DNA of 64,000 nt, from assembly GCF_964204645.1 (NCBI RefSeq), contig NC_134028.1, positions 5,332,001 to 5,396,000 of the forward strand, given 5' to 3'. The stretch is from Tubulanus polymorphus. Taxonomy: Eukaryota > Animalia > Nemertea. A program made the translations under genes and the position numbers. Under the pieces are notes generated by a model. The model did not search any database. It saw nothing but the letters and a program-made list of their open reading frames with translations, and had not been told where the DNA came from. Shown here piece after piece: positions 37,349 to 51,314 of the stretch (the stretch's first letter is position 1; each line of letters starts with the position of its first letter).

Positions 37349-38626
37349 TTTGATTTTAGTTTTCGATAAATAAATTTCGTCTTAAATCTCTTATCTATCA
37401 TCTACCGTCTGAGTGCGGCTACTCCACTATCATTGATGCGTCCTCAGTCCGTGTTTTGAAGAGATGTGTATAATCGCCAAAATATCCAGTACCAGAGGCA
37501 CAAAATCTTACAAGAAAACTATGTTGAAAGTTTATTGGCGCCTTGAAGAGAAATAACACACATATTTATTTATATTTATTGCCTTATATTGACAATGGAT
37601 AATATCAAGGATCAATAAAGTTATTTTGAATTTGAATCAATCAATGACCGGCGACCAGTCTATCCCTATACAGATAGACTGGTTACCTGCGCCATTCGAA
37701 AATAAAGACCGGTAACCAGTCTACAATATTAGTATCCCTAAATGGCGCATATCAATTTATAAAAACATTATTGTAACGGTTTTTAAGGCGCCAAATGCAT
37801 CAAGCGGTATATAGTCGTTTACAAACAATAATTCATACCGATCACATTCATTGTCTTACGTGTCGCTTCGAGGACGTAGCGATGAGTCGACATCAGCCCC
37901 GCACAGTCGCTGCTCGTACGTAGCTGTCGTTTTCCCGTCGAAGAGACCGTCGGCGATGTGTATAAACGATACGATGGTTATAGATTGTTACGAGGTTTAC
38001 ACCTGTCATCCGACCAGGAATCCATCAACGACGACGAATACGCGCCGCACTAAAAACCTGCGCCTCGTGACGTCCATTGTTCCGGCGACGAATGACCGGT
38101 GGCTATTTGTCTTGACAAACCAAAAGCGATCGCGCAGTTTTCCTCCCATTCGCTAATGAGACATGAGTTAAATTATATCACTTATCAATTATTTAAAAGC
38201 GTGTTCGTATTCTCTTATGTTACGGTCTCGGTCACCTGTCCATTGTTATCGCGTCGCATCGTTTAATAGTGATCATCATCCGCTTGGATGATCGACCGCG
38301 CAATGAAGAGAGATCCAGCGCAGCTGATCGTGTCTTCTAATTATCTACACCGTGTTCCCGATCATGTCGAGAAAGTTTTGACCATTGACAGATCAAACCG
38401 CCACAGTTTTAGGAGACCAGATTTTCACAGCAATTACGCAAAAGATGTTATAGATGGTGAAAAAGAATGAAATGGAAATGTTATGAGTATAGTGAATCAA
38501 GAGTAGTTTATTGGCAATCAGAGTTGTGATCTAGCATGAAATACGGATTGCTTTCCATCTTATTTATTTGATCGATGCTTATTTGGTGGGTGAATAGGAT
38601 ACACAATATCCGTCCAAGAGGAATCA

Positions 38627-38779
38627 AGAATTCCCACAATCAGTTCAGAAAAAGACATAACGCCGTTGAAGTAAATGAATATCTATTTGTATCTATTAAT
38701 AATTAATATTAAATAATATTTATGAATATATATTTGTATATAGCTTTTCGGCGCTATATACTAATAGTCAACATCAGGC
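38627..38779 (-). mobile_element. Degenerate copy of the same hammerhead-bearing Penelope-like fragment
   Basis: The minus strand reads CTGATGT-TGACTATTAGTATATAGCGCC-GAAAAG. The family tail tcccacaat lies at about 38632. Confidence 0.55.
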
Positions 38780-40689
38780 ATTTATTTAGTGTGTCCTAAC
38801 CCGCCACTGCCGAGAACGGAACCAGAAGGTTTGATTTTGAAATCGGAAATTGAAAGTACGGCGGAGTTTTACCCAATTCTACTTGAAAGTTCAAGGTCGT
38901 CTATATTCGTCCATCATCATCAACATCATCGTAGTTTTCGTGGTTTGAAATAAGAGGGGAGAGTTTTAATTGTTTAAATTACACACGACACGTGGATAAT
39001 TAGAGTGAGTTTATTATGGCGGTCCATCTGTCGTGGCAGAATCAAACAACCCGCGGGCTTTTACCACCAGCCTCAACTCTATACGTTGATGTCTAGCCCC
39101 GGGCTTTGCCATAATGCACGCAGATCGGAGCGCGCCGCGATCTAACCAAAATTATTTGAAATACAATATCACGGTTATTAAAATTCGCCCGAGATAACCT
39201 CTGAATTTGTATAATGTTCCTATTATATACGTAACTCGTACCAATCATGCAATTCCCGAGAAATGATATGATGTATACTTGTGGCTGTTCGAGAGCTGAA
39301 AAAAAACAGTTTGTCCCAGAACCTATAAAACACCTATATATGGCCAAATGAACTGAGATATGATCATCCACTTACGAATGAATATGTTGAATAAGGGGAA
39401 TGCTAAAGCAACTAATATCAGCGGTGTAGATGCAATGCGCGCACTCAATTGGCATCATAAAACGATATGGCAGATGGATTGAAACCGACGGTCCCAGAGC
39501 AACCATATTTATCAATGAAACGCGATATAAAACGAACGTTGAAAAGAAAACTCATGCTTTCATTTTCAGCGTTTCACACGTTTAGAAATTATGTCGTATG
39601 ATAATAATTGACCCTACTAGTAGATAGACAGACGTTGATTTACGGAGCAAGGGCCATATGCGTGCGTATTATAAAGAGCTACGTTGCAAGGTGGCACCGC
39701 CTGTTGTCGATAGCGTGAAATGTTTGCCCCAGAGAATGCGCGAACTAAAGCATCGCTTATACCCTTGACTGTCCCGATGGTCAGCGAGGGAATTGTCAAA
39801 TAGCTGATGTCAACTTCGAATTGTCAATAAACCCGCATAACTTTCTCCTCTTAAAAAATCTATAGCGTACATGTGTAAACGTCTTGTTTTCTAAGACTGT
39901 AAAAAACGACCACTTCAAATATACTGGAGGAGCTCAGGTAACGGCATAATGGCGACAATATGGACCTATTCTTATTTGTCGAAACACTTCATTGCGTAAC
40001 GTCGGTTTATGCTGATTTTGTTCAAGGCGACAGTCAGGCGCGGGTACCCCTCTTGACCTGGTTGGTTGATGGGTTTTTAATGAGGCCCAGACTCTTCACT
40101 TGACCTTGTTCTGACGGTCGCTTTCTGATCTTGGAGACACATATCTCTTTGCTCCGATAAACTACCTACCGATAGGCAAACACGATAATTCAAAAGAACC
40201 CCGAAAAGCTTTCCACATGCGGCAGAATGACTACTAAATCCGTAAAGATCGTACATGTACACCATCATTGACCTTCTCGTTCACAATATTAATTAGTTTA
40301 GGGGATTTGATGCGGCCAATTTCGTTCACCGTTCATCGATGACAAATCTGATTGATTACCTATTTGATCGATCTAATAAGAGGTATCTAATGTATCTCTT
40401 GCTCAATTTACTGCTTGTCGAATTATGGCCTCTAAATGGCTTTTTGCCAAGCCAACGGTTATTGACAAATCTGCAGTGTGTAAATATTATGATTTAACTG
40501 TATTGAACTATTAGTGAATTACAAGTATAAGTTCCTCGTTGCTTGTTAGCTTAATGAAGTTGAACAGTTTTAAAGAAACCATTTTCAGTATCATATCATC
40601 AGTACTGCACCGCAAATTGAATTGCATTTGTCTGTTCGGTATTAATTGACGTCTTTACCGCTTCAACGACACCGAGAGGTCGACTGTTT

Positions 40690-41000
40690 ATAACGTCACT
40701 CGTCGCACGCAGGGAGCGGAAGATTCACTTGATGCGCATCATCAGCGGCAAACGACGTAACCAGCTGCAACAACGCTGCTGCTGATGCTGCTGTAGCAAA
40801 CGGAGCAGTGCAGCCGGTGCAGTAAAACAGTGCAACCGGAGCCGGATTTGTTGCGGAAAACTTTGAGTGTTCTTCACGGCGTAACAACTAGCGCCGCGTA
40901 CAAGCGCGTTTGTTCTATTTATAAAATCTAGTTCACGCTGCCAAAAACCGTCGTCGACCCATCTGTCTAATTGTTAGTTCTGTCAGGGGGACGTTCTATG
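40690..41000 (+). promoter_or_regulatory. Candidate promoter/5' region of the downstream signal-peptide gene
   Basis: CpG-rich, apparently repeat-free block with GCT/GCA runs and TATAAAA at 40920-40926, just upstream of the exon at 41222-41582. Position and composition only. Confidence 0.3.
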
Positions 41001-41452
41001 ACTGCGGGGAATCGCGGTGTTTCTACCTATGATCGCGTCAAACAGGATTCGACATTCCGTATAACAATAGCAGTGGGCGTGCACGTTTGCTCGTACGCTA
41101 CACGTGCTCTCAGCCGTTTCAAGCGCGATAGACGCGTAAGATACAACGAGACCCGAGGATCGCGAAACCGCCTTCATCGAGAAAATATTCATTCCGGATT
41201 TTCCCTGTTTACGTTTTTCAGGTGCATGTAGACACACACACAACAACAAGATGTCGCCGCGATGGGATAAGCTTTCGTCGAGACGAGCGATTTACGCGAG
41301 AAGAAACGATTAGGTTTAATCCATACGATACGATCTTATCGAAGAGTTTTATTATTAAAAGTGAGCGCCGAGAGCTTTATTTCCTGGAAACGATAATCGT
41401 CGACGAGAATATGTTTCGCAATATTTGGACTATCAGAAGCGACGGTCCTACT

Positions 41453-41582
41453 ATGGCTCGCGGATACATGTGCGCGGTCCTGATGATTTTGCTGAGCGGT
41501 AAAATATCCGCCCAAGCCCAAGACGTAAAACAGGAAGAACTAGTCGGCGGCGAAGATGGCCCGAAGTCAGCAGGATTAGAAG
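41453..41582 (+). CDS. Probable first coding exon of a secreted or type I membrane protein (signal peptide); UNC5-like identity suggested by synteny only
   Basis: ATG at 41453 (in-frame upstream ATG at 41411) gives MARGYMCAVLMILLSGKISAQAQDVKQEELVGGEDGPKSAGLE: basic n-region, hydrophobic core, A-Q-A cleavage pattern, acidic linker. Phase-1 donor GAAG|gtaggc at 41583; upstream acceptor gtttttcag| at 41221. Confidence 0.55.
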
Positions 41583-44500
41583 GTAGGCGCTCGTATGTTC
41601 GCTTTTATGTTACGCTACTCGTAAACTACCGGGCCGCCATTCGGCGCGGGTAATCGCTCGGAAGCGATGTCCTAGAAAACCCACCGGCGAATTTTTGTGA
41701 TTAGATGTTTAATGACAATATTCCTTTAGTTCCTATCTGGTCACATAACAGCTGTATTCTTACTCATTTATAATATGTGTCTGTGAAATTTGTGCTCGCC
41801 TTATACACGTAGGTTTCCTAGAGCGCTGCTTTCTGGCAACAAACGTCCGCGTATTATATTTTGCAATTTTCACCTAATGTTATAGTGGGTTGTAAAGTTC
41901 ATCTGTGAATTACCCTGTGGTTCTTTTATCATAAAACTCGGACATCCACTGGTTAATTAAACGAAAGTGTATTCAAATGTCTGGCTAAAGGATTTTTACT
42001 TTGAACTTATCTAAGTTCACAAGCGGCTCGTTCCCTTTTCGAGATTGAAAACGAGATATTTTAAATTCGTTTTTTTGTATCCTCACAGAAATGTCCAGTC
42101 TAGAAACGTCTAGAAATATATTTGATAGTCTCGAAAAATATCTTGAAGCTTTCAAGCCTAAAGGCTGATAATAACATAGCTAGTAGTCTCTCTGATCTTC
42201 AGAAGGAGATAAGTACTTGTTACGATCTAGAATATATATCTAGATATATACATATACATATATATATATAATTGAAATATAATTTGTTTATGTTATTTGA
42301 TCTTGATTTATGATACTGCCGTATGAAATTTGATATCTAGTTTTGATCGAAGAAATTTAATAGTATCAAAGTGTGTTTGTAGACAGATAGATAAGCATAT
42401 TACTACTCTCTGCTTGATAGCGTGCAGTTAAAATGTAAACAGATATATCTCTTTGTTCGAGAGCTTCTGAAATCCAGGTAATTTATGTGTTCTAATTACA
42501 CGGACAAAGCCATTAATTGATTCGGGTATTAACCCTATTATTCTCACAGGTTGAAAGCAATATGTGAAATAATGAAATATTTAGCTATAAAAAAATTAAA
42601 ACCGTGCGCTGTACAAAAAGTGTTTGTATTTTGGAATACGTTGCTTGGTGGGGACTCCTGATTTTTATTGAACTGGTTCGGAAATATTTGTCATTTTTGT
42701 TTTACTGCCTCGATGGCATTTCGCTGTTTCCCATGATAAACCATTTCGCTGATTAGCTATGTAGATAACCTTTGTTAGTTCTGGGTAAACTTCGGGGGTT
42801 TCTCTGTGTACTGCTTGTTTAAATGGCTAGATAGGATGGTGGTTCTATAGTGCAGCTATAGTGGTTGGTTTGAAGTTGCTAGTTGCTCGCAGCAGGGCGG
42901 CATGGTTATTGTCAACGAGTGACAGTGCGCGCTGCTGATAAAAAACCGAAACTAAACTAACTGTAAACAAACTTCCTCTGATCTTCTGGTAAACCGACTC
43001 TCTCGAAGAAAACATATCTCTAGAAATAAGTGCCCCGATTTGAAAAAAAAGTCGACAATCTATATCTCGAAACTGTCTCATCAAGCCATCCTCTCAGGTG
43101 ATTCGATCTAGATGTATAGCTCGCGCTGTCTTAATAAACAAACATGAAAAAGTTTGAATAAGAAATATGAAACTACGCGTACTATTCTACTATTTGCAGA
43201 GTTAGCGCAGTTTTTCTGAGCTTCCGATGATTTTTTCCACCGTATCATGCGTATACAAACGCCGCGAATCCTCAAAGTTGATGATCCGAATAGTTGTTTG
43301 TTCTGAAAGCATCTCCGCAGTAAATTAGGTGGCTAATATCGGCGTAGAATTCTGTTGATACAATGTTCGGAGGGTAAACCCTGGAATGATAACTATTACG
43401 AGCGATGCTATAGATGATTTGCTGCGATAGAATATTTTGTTATTCGAAAGGAATTGCCATTTTCAAGTCTAAATGAAGACCTTCGTTTTTAGACCTCTGT
43501 GTAAAATACTTTGGTACAACCATAAAGCATTCATAAGTCTGATTGCTTTACCAGTATATGTTAATATGTTATTATGCATTCATCAATTGATCCGCTGTTT
43601 TTGATGAGATTTCGAGATTTTTTTTGTCTCTGATTGATCAATTTTCGCTACGATGATGGGGATACGTATGACATATTTACGTATGATTATTTTGTAACTG
43701 AATTAATGAACATTGTGCGCATTTCCGAGTCGAGCCGAGACCATCGCACTTTAGCCCGGGTCTCGAGTGCACTTACTGGCTCCACCAAGTGCTTTTAATG
43801 CTTTAGTACGGCTCCGATGCAGCGCCGTGCCAAGTGGTACAACCCCTTTTATAATCATATAGTCATTTTGAAGTTCGGTACGTGCGAAGACCTAAATGGA
43901 ATTTTTAGAAAATATTTTTTTTTCTAATCAAGTGTTAATTGGTGAGCAACCCGTTAACATTAAAAAAGTTGTTGAAGTTTTGGACGACAGTTACAGGTTT
44001 CGCGAAATTTATAGTAAAAAATCTTGTTGCATGAATCACGAATCGACATAACTCTATCAGCTTATAGTTAATTGATAGCTTGGAGGTATAATCAATTTGT
44101 GTATGTCTGGAATTCTATTGTGTCATTGTGGTAGAGATTCTAGCCTATATTTTTCTTTCTCGGGATCATTTGCATAATTCATTTGTTGACTATGAATTTA
44201 ATGAGGGAAATGTCTGAACTTGTGGAAATGCGTTATGTCAAAAGGCAGGAGGGGCCAGGCTATGTGCATTGTCTTAATGAATTAAGGCTGGTTTAACTAA
44301 ATTCCAGTCCTCTCAATCTGATAAGTTAAGAGGCCTTTTTGGGAAGACTTCAAACTATGTTTCTACTTAGTCATAATTGTACAGCTAAATTATCACTTTT
44401 GTAAAAACGATAAAATCAAATATTTGGTTTCAAGTTTTTAAACTTTTCCACTTTTTTGATGGAATTGGTGTAATTCTCATTTCCACAGGGCTCGTACCGG

Positions 44501-46857
44501 CCGTTTCTAAGAAATTGTATCTTGCTATGTTTGAGTGACTGTATCAGTTTTCTACTCCGAGGGTCACAGCATCGCCGCCAGCTAAATGTCAGCGCGACTA
44601 TCGTTCATAATGCTAATTGTCAAAATTTCGCCTTCGCATTCACCGGGCTCGCATTCAAACCCAGTTGACCCTATCCACATCGCGACTCGGGCGGCTTTTT
44701 CAATTTTTTGCCCAAGATGAGCGCGGTGTAAGAATTTTAGTTCTGCAGGTTGATTTCCTATTGAAACTCAACGTAACGTATCGGTGACCTGGCTTTAAGA
44801 CGATACAAAAATCGGAATTATTCCTAGTTTTTAGTTTAATGCTGCGTTCATATCTGTAATGATGATTTTGATCCTGGAAATGTTTTTAATTTTTTCGTAC
44901 AGTTCGTGCTTAGCTATGTTGTAATGTATAGCCTGCTCTATACGGGGCCTTCATTGAGCGGCGCCAATTCATAAAAGTTGATTTTAGAAAAACTAGCTAC
45001 ATTCTTTATTCATTTATCTATTCATTACAGTGAAATGTACATCATATATGAAAATAAACAGAATATATAGATTAAGTACCCAGCCCTAATTAAGACTTAT
45101 ATGTCACTTTATACTAACTTTGTCTATGTACAAGTAATGATAAGTATTTTAGTTTTCCAACGAATTCGATCTATCGATATTGATAAAGAGATGATTGGAA
45201 TACAAAAGGTTCTGCGTCATCTATTCCCCGATAGCCTATAAATATATTCAGAATTGAGATGGTGATGGATCATTTTTCACGTATATCGAATTTTGGCATC
45301 GTTAATTATTGTGCTGAATTATTCAACGGCTAAAAACCCCGGTACGTTGAGTGTACAATGTTGAGAAGTATCGCCACATCGAGGAGGTGTCTATTATTGT
45401 AAACCCGTGGTTTCAAGGGCCACTTAAGTAGCCGATATTCCACTTGTAAGTCAAACCAAGTATGAAAAACTATAAATCGTGTGTCGAAATACAATAGTAT
45501 CAGAAGGTTCGGGATTATTTCGCGTACTGCCTGTTCGTTTTTTTTTTGGGATGTCGGAAGAAAATAGCTATGCACAGAGGCCTTTAAGGTTCTCTCCTAT
45601 AAGAAATTCAGGCCATGCAGGTGTGGACGCATTGTAAAATCTAGGCCTATGCATAACAGGATAGCCGGCTTAGAACTCGATCGACCCCGGGCTGAGATAA
45701 TTATAGGGGACGACGACGAAATTGTTCGCGTTCGCATTTCTCGATTATAACTGAACCGCTGAGGAACGTTTCGATCAAAATGTTCTTCTAAACGCCGGGT
45801 TTCGACAACGGAAATAGCGACGAAATAACGCTTTTGTCCCCGACGACAATATTACAAATGGTTTAACAAATTACGAGAGACGGGAGTACACCACCCCGAA
45901 TCGGTTATTTTGCTGGTTAGATTTTGGTCAATCGGTCGTTGTGTCTTCGAGATGGTCATTCAAGCCCCCTGGGGTCGAACTGAGTTATTCACTGTTGTAA
46001 AGGTGTCATATTGTTATAACTCTACTGGTAGCGGAATCCCGGACAACGGCGCGGTCCGGGCAATGAGCACTTTAAAACTTGAAATTTGAACCTTAAATTG
46101 ATGCTTCTGTGAGAAAACTGTCGAAGTCAGCAGATGTGAACGCGTTTACTAAAATTTTCCCAACATCGAGGATGGACTAGATGCCATAGAATGATGATTT
46201 CATCTCATATGAATAATGTCTAGTCTACCTAGCTATTATGATGTCACTTCCTAGAAAACTATATCTAATGTTTAACAGATGCCTATTCCATTTCTCAGTT
46301 TTCTCTCAGATATCATTCAGAGTCGATAAAAATTTCAGAACTAGTTCTCATGAGTAGTTCTCTACCTGTTCTGGTATATAGAATCACTCGTCGTCATCGT
46401 ACTCTATTATCGGATAGGTACAAAAAGCTTCGTATAAATTCCGACTATAAAACCAGTAATTTTCTTCTCATCCATAAATAGTTTCCCCCCGTCAGTCGAA
46501 TTCAATGGTCTTTGTACAGGTTCAGCAGTAAATCAGCATGCGCTCGGAAAAATTCTCGATTTTTGTCGCGATAGTGTCATTATGGGTGCAGTTTGGCCAT
46601 TTTTTGGGTATTCGTCAATAGTAGTATCGATTGGTATATATGTATATTCACCAATAAGTATTAAGGTTACAATTTCATATCATTTCCAAACTTTTTAGAA
46701 AATTTTCATCATTATAACACTTTTGCTCCCTTCATATACTTTGAAAGAAATTGATTTGATTTTCTTGGCACTGCTGAATAGAGACATTCTGACAATTTTC
46801 TTCCCGATACACGTATATATATGTATATGAATAACTTGTTGCTCGAGACATTTTTCA

Positions 46858-46870
46858 GTTGCCGGGCAAC
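46858..46870. promoter_or_regulatory. Palindromic RFX X-box match
   Basis: GTTGCC-G-GGCAAC fits GTNRCC(N0-3)RGYAAC. Motif match only. Confidence 0.35.
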
Positions 46871-47369
46871 TTTGCTGACCGCGTGCGTACATTTTTTGAC
46901 GATCTTAACAACGCGAAGATATTTGCAGCGTTATGTAACGACGGTAAATATTTGACGACAATTTCGAACAGGTTACGCCGTTCCCAGCTAGGGTTAGATT
47001 TACGACAGAGATTATCAACGCCGATACCGCGATACATATTAAAAACTCTTATTCTGCAAATTTACCCCGTACCGTTGGCATCAATGATTAAACCTGATGG
47101 CAACAAGTTTGCGGCATCAAAAAGTGGAATGTTTATAAGTTTTATTCCTCGTAAAGAAGTTAAATGTGATTGTCATTGAACCGGAGATAGAAAGAAAAAG
47201 AAAACAGAAAACAGTATTTACACATCTAAAAAAAGGGAAAAAAGATCTTTTTAGGTTATGTCATATAGTTTGAGATTACTTTGTAAAATGCAGAATAAAT
47301 TCACAAATACTTTTTTAGATCAAAACATGGGGGCTAGTTGCTCGATAGTTGGAAGGTTGAAGCATGTTA

Positions 47370-47594
47370 CAGGCACGATCCAGGGGATGCTCGTGGTGAT
47401 TGGAAGGTTTCCTTTGTATTATTCATTTTCAGTTTTTCGATGCCGCTTTTCAAAGTACATGCTACATTTTGCATATTTGAGAAGATCAAGCAGTGCTTAA
47501 AAAAGTTCAGAATGCTTGAAAAATTTTTCAACATTTTCTGGGGGATAAACAGCAGAGCTCTTCCCCCTTTTGAAAAATCTTGGATCCGCCCCTG
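47370..47594. mobile_element. GGATCCGCCCCTG-ended non-autonomous DNA transposon remnant
   Basis: End motif TGGATCCGCCCCTG, also seen at about 34100 (AGATCCGCCCCTG) and inverted at about 26088 (CAGGGGCAGATAC). Left boundary uncertain. Confidence 0.5.
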
Positions 47595-50500
47595 TGTCAA
47601 AGCACCTCTGTATAACCAGTAACCAGATGACCGACGTATAGCGACAATTGCAATTTACGGTATTTACCCATTGGTTAGATTATCCGGTAAACAAACTTTC
47701 AAGTATAAACGCGAAGGTATTTTAGAATCTAGCGATAATGGAAGATTTGACACCGAATCGAACAAAGACACGAATAAAAATGATTCAGAATGAAAACAGT
47801 CTATTCTAATAATATCGCTTATCCGTGCGTTTTTTACGTCGTTTCGTTCGCTTTTTTTGTTATGGATTTTCAATGTCGTTCGTCGTTTGTAAAAGATACC
47901 GAAATACCGACGACGACGTCGTCATTTTATTAACCGAAATTGCTTGAAACAATATTCGCCGACGAGAATTGGCGCCAGGATGTCCGCCGCGATTGCAGCG
48001 TTTCATGAAAAGGGGTGGGGTAAAAATGGGTTGAATTTCAGGCGACGTAATCGATCGATTACGCGAGCCTCGCGCGCACGGTCAATTTAGACTGCGTAAC
48101 AAAGAAAAAAATGATGGCTATGCAAATTACGCGTCGCACAGGTGTGGTGATAGTAATGCTTCTACAACAGTCTGCGATGCAAATCAATCGATTTTGAATT
48201 CGTCATATATCGTCTCCATTGTTCTTAATACTGATGCGAAATTTGGCTCGATATAATACGGTGACAAGCCGGCGAGGTCTATCGATCGGTAGCGGACGCG
48301 TTGTTGTACGACTGTGTTCCGCGTATTTTTTCTAATGTCGCGCGTTGCATTGTGTTCGGTACTGCGGCGTACACGCAGCGCGGCTTTGAAATCGCGCATC
48401 TGTTTTTTTGATTGACGTATGAAAGGCTTTTGATTGTGTGTCAATCAAAATTTGTATCTTGTGTATCGTCGTATATGGTACATAGATGACTCACATGGCG
48501 AATTAACTTCGCTTTTTCGTTTATTATGCGTAGCTGTTGCCGTCGCTTTTTCGACCCGGTCGGGGTCGACGCTTCGATTAAAATCATCCCTTCGAAAAAA
48601 CGCGCGCGACGAATCGTCTTCTGTCGCGATTCGTTGTAACAATATTCGTCGAACCATTTTCGATTCATTTCGTCGATCGGCACCGGAACGGTAGATCAGT
48701 TATCAGAAGTGTATTTGCAACTTATCAAAATTCTAACTACGCTATAAAACGGCTGTAAACTCCGGTAGGAAACTGCATTCCTCGGTAGATAATTGATCGA
48801 GATCGTTCGAAAGGCCAACCAGACCTTACTATAACTTATATATGCACACTTCTGCTGTATAGTCTGCAGTCTGAGTATTTATTGTAAATATTTATCAGTT
48901 TTGAGAACCTCAATCATTCGAAAGAAGACGATATCGATGTGATTTTGGAAGATGCTTGAAAAGTCGGATTCTGCGACATCACCAGAACGCCTAACGTTGA
49001 CTCAATCTACATAATCGCCATAAAACATGATCTGATAATATCCAATGGCTATTTAGAAATTTGATGATGTCATATCGATTTAGGAAGGCGGCCATCTTGT
49101 TAATGGAAGAGGGTCTGTACAGCGGTTGTTGATAGTTTGAATATAGGTGGTATGTTTGCCCTTTCCCCTAGCCGGTCAGTTTACCGATGCTTGCCCCGAT
49201 GATAGATTTTGCCTTCGCCGATCGCACGCGGGAATCTCCTCTCTGTTTAACCCGTGTAACAGGTAGTTGGTACAGATGTATTCACGCTGAAGATATCAGT
49301 AGTTGTTACTGTTACTATCGATGTTCGATTAGACCTGTAAAACAGCTTACAACCACCTTAGATAAATCCCCGTTCTAATCCCCGCGCGTATATACGTACA
49401 GTGCCAATTTCTGCACCAGCTAATTACTAGTTAATCTAGTAGGATTTTGAGCTTATTTATTCATATTGAGCTGCAATATAGTCGGATTATGATACGATAT
49501 TTCCTTCAGAATAGTTTATTAAAGTAGGAAAAGATTTTTAGCTGATAGGAGGTCAGAAATAGTCGTATAAGTTAGTTCAGGAGCTAAGACTTTTTAGTAA
49601 GAAATAACGATAAGCTCGGAAAAAAAGTTAAGTGAAATGCTAATATTAGCGTTTAATTATGTTTAAGATGTTCGTAGTTAAGCGTATGAGATTGAGTTAA
49701 CTCTGAAGTTAATCTCCGAGTTCAGTGGTTACAGATTTCTGCAACTAAACATAGACAAACAGTGGTTTTAAATAGTAAAACTTCCTCTATCTGCTACTGA
49801 CGATTGACGAGAGGATTTTGTAGCCGGCGAAAAATCCTGCAGATCTGAAAAATCTTTCTCTGTAAATTGCGGTGGATGTTGCGAGAGTAAGGGCGAGTTA
49901 GTGGAACTTAAGATTTATCATTCAACAATGGGGGATATTTCGAGAACTACCACTGTTCGGCTGGAATGTACAGCGGTGGTGGGGGAATACTGATAAACCG
50001 TTTCGCTGGTGGTTGAAAGCAAGAATTTCCCTGTTCGATAAGGCTCTCGAAGATAAAACCGATAGCGGGAATGAAATGAAAGCCGTTTTCTGCACGCGTA
50101 TTTATATTGAAATATCCTAAAGATCACGTTATACTAAATACCGAACAAGGTATTATTTTAAAACACATCGTAGGTACAATGTAGTTTCAATAACGGGATT
50201 TACTCTCAAGTTTTAGTATAAGCCGATGATCCCTTTCATAGTCAGTCGTTATTTAAAAGTTAAGAGTTTGTATTATTAAACAAGATGAATGAACTTCTTT
50301 ATATTCATGCTTGTATTTTCGTTTTGATATGTTTAACGGTTGTTGTGTCGCGCGCGATTGTTCGAGCGGTTTCGCTTCGTCGATTTCGTAAATACTTAAT
50401 GTACTTGAAACTCCTTGACTTTCCAGCGCTGAATAAGAGAATCGGGGAGAATCGTCGCCGTGTTTTGTCGACGATTCAAGTCTTCTCTCTCTTGGCGTTT

Positions 50501-51160
50501 ATTAGCGAGGTCACCGTATAAAGCGGCGCTATGTTGAGCGCCCATTGTCGACGGGTATAAACCCTTCGGGTCGAGCACCATAGACGAGGATTTAAATTAG
50601 AGTCGCTTTTGTGATCGCTTTCTCGATATCATTCGATCGACAATGGAACATCGAAATGATTGACATCGCTATGTCCGACCTATATCGCGCGTTTTAGGTC
50701 TTGTTTCTGTAGTGTTTAAGCAAAGTTATAGTAGTTATTTTTCGTTGACTTGCTTAAAGCTTTCGACTCGATGATAATGAAGTGCATGTCTATTGTCCCG
50801 CGCGGATGCTGCCCCTAGGACTGAAACCTAATCACCTAAAAACCGCACAATTCTTTCGCCCGATGACAATTTGACAAAATTACTAACCACGTTTATCTGT
50901 TCGATCTGCGCAGAATAATAGATCCGCTCTCACAAAAACGCTCCCATGTTTGGTTTTTGTGTCAATTATTTTCGCCTCTTGATAATTTGAAATTTTGATA
51001 AAAATGGGTCAAAAAGTCACGGCCGTAGATTTCATATGGCGGTGAAAAGACACCAAAATTCAAATGGCTGATTTTAGTGATTGAGACAAAGCTTTTGAAA
51101 TTACCCCCCTTAGATTCCATCAGGCTAAGTAATGCTGCGGTATGGAGCTCCTGTTTCCTC

Positions 51161-51314
51161 AAAGACCAATCCACAAAATGCAGGGGAACAGGGAAACATG
51201 TTTCTGAACGTTTCCCTGTGTTAGTGCATTTGCCAGATACAAGAAACAAGGTTTCGGGAAACAATGTTTTCGAGATCAAACATGTTTGAATTTCCCTGTG
51301 CCATGCGTTGGGCT
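51161..51314. mobile_element. GAAACATGTTTC-family MITE
   Basis: Reverse-oriented homologue of 24425-24596; ends GCGTTGGGCT-TAA. Confidence 0.75.
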
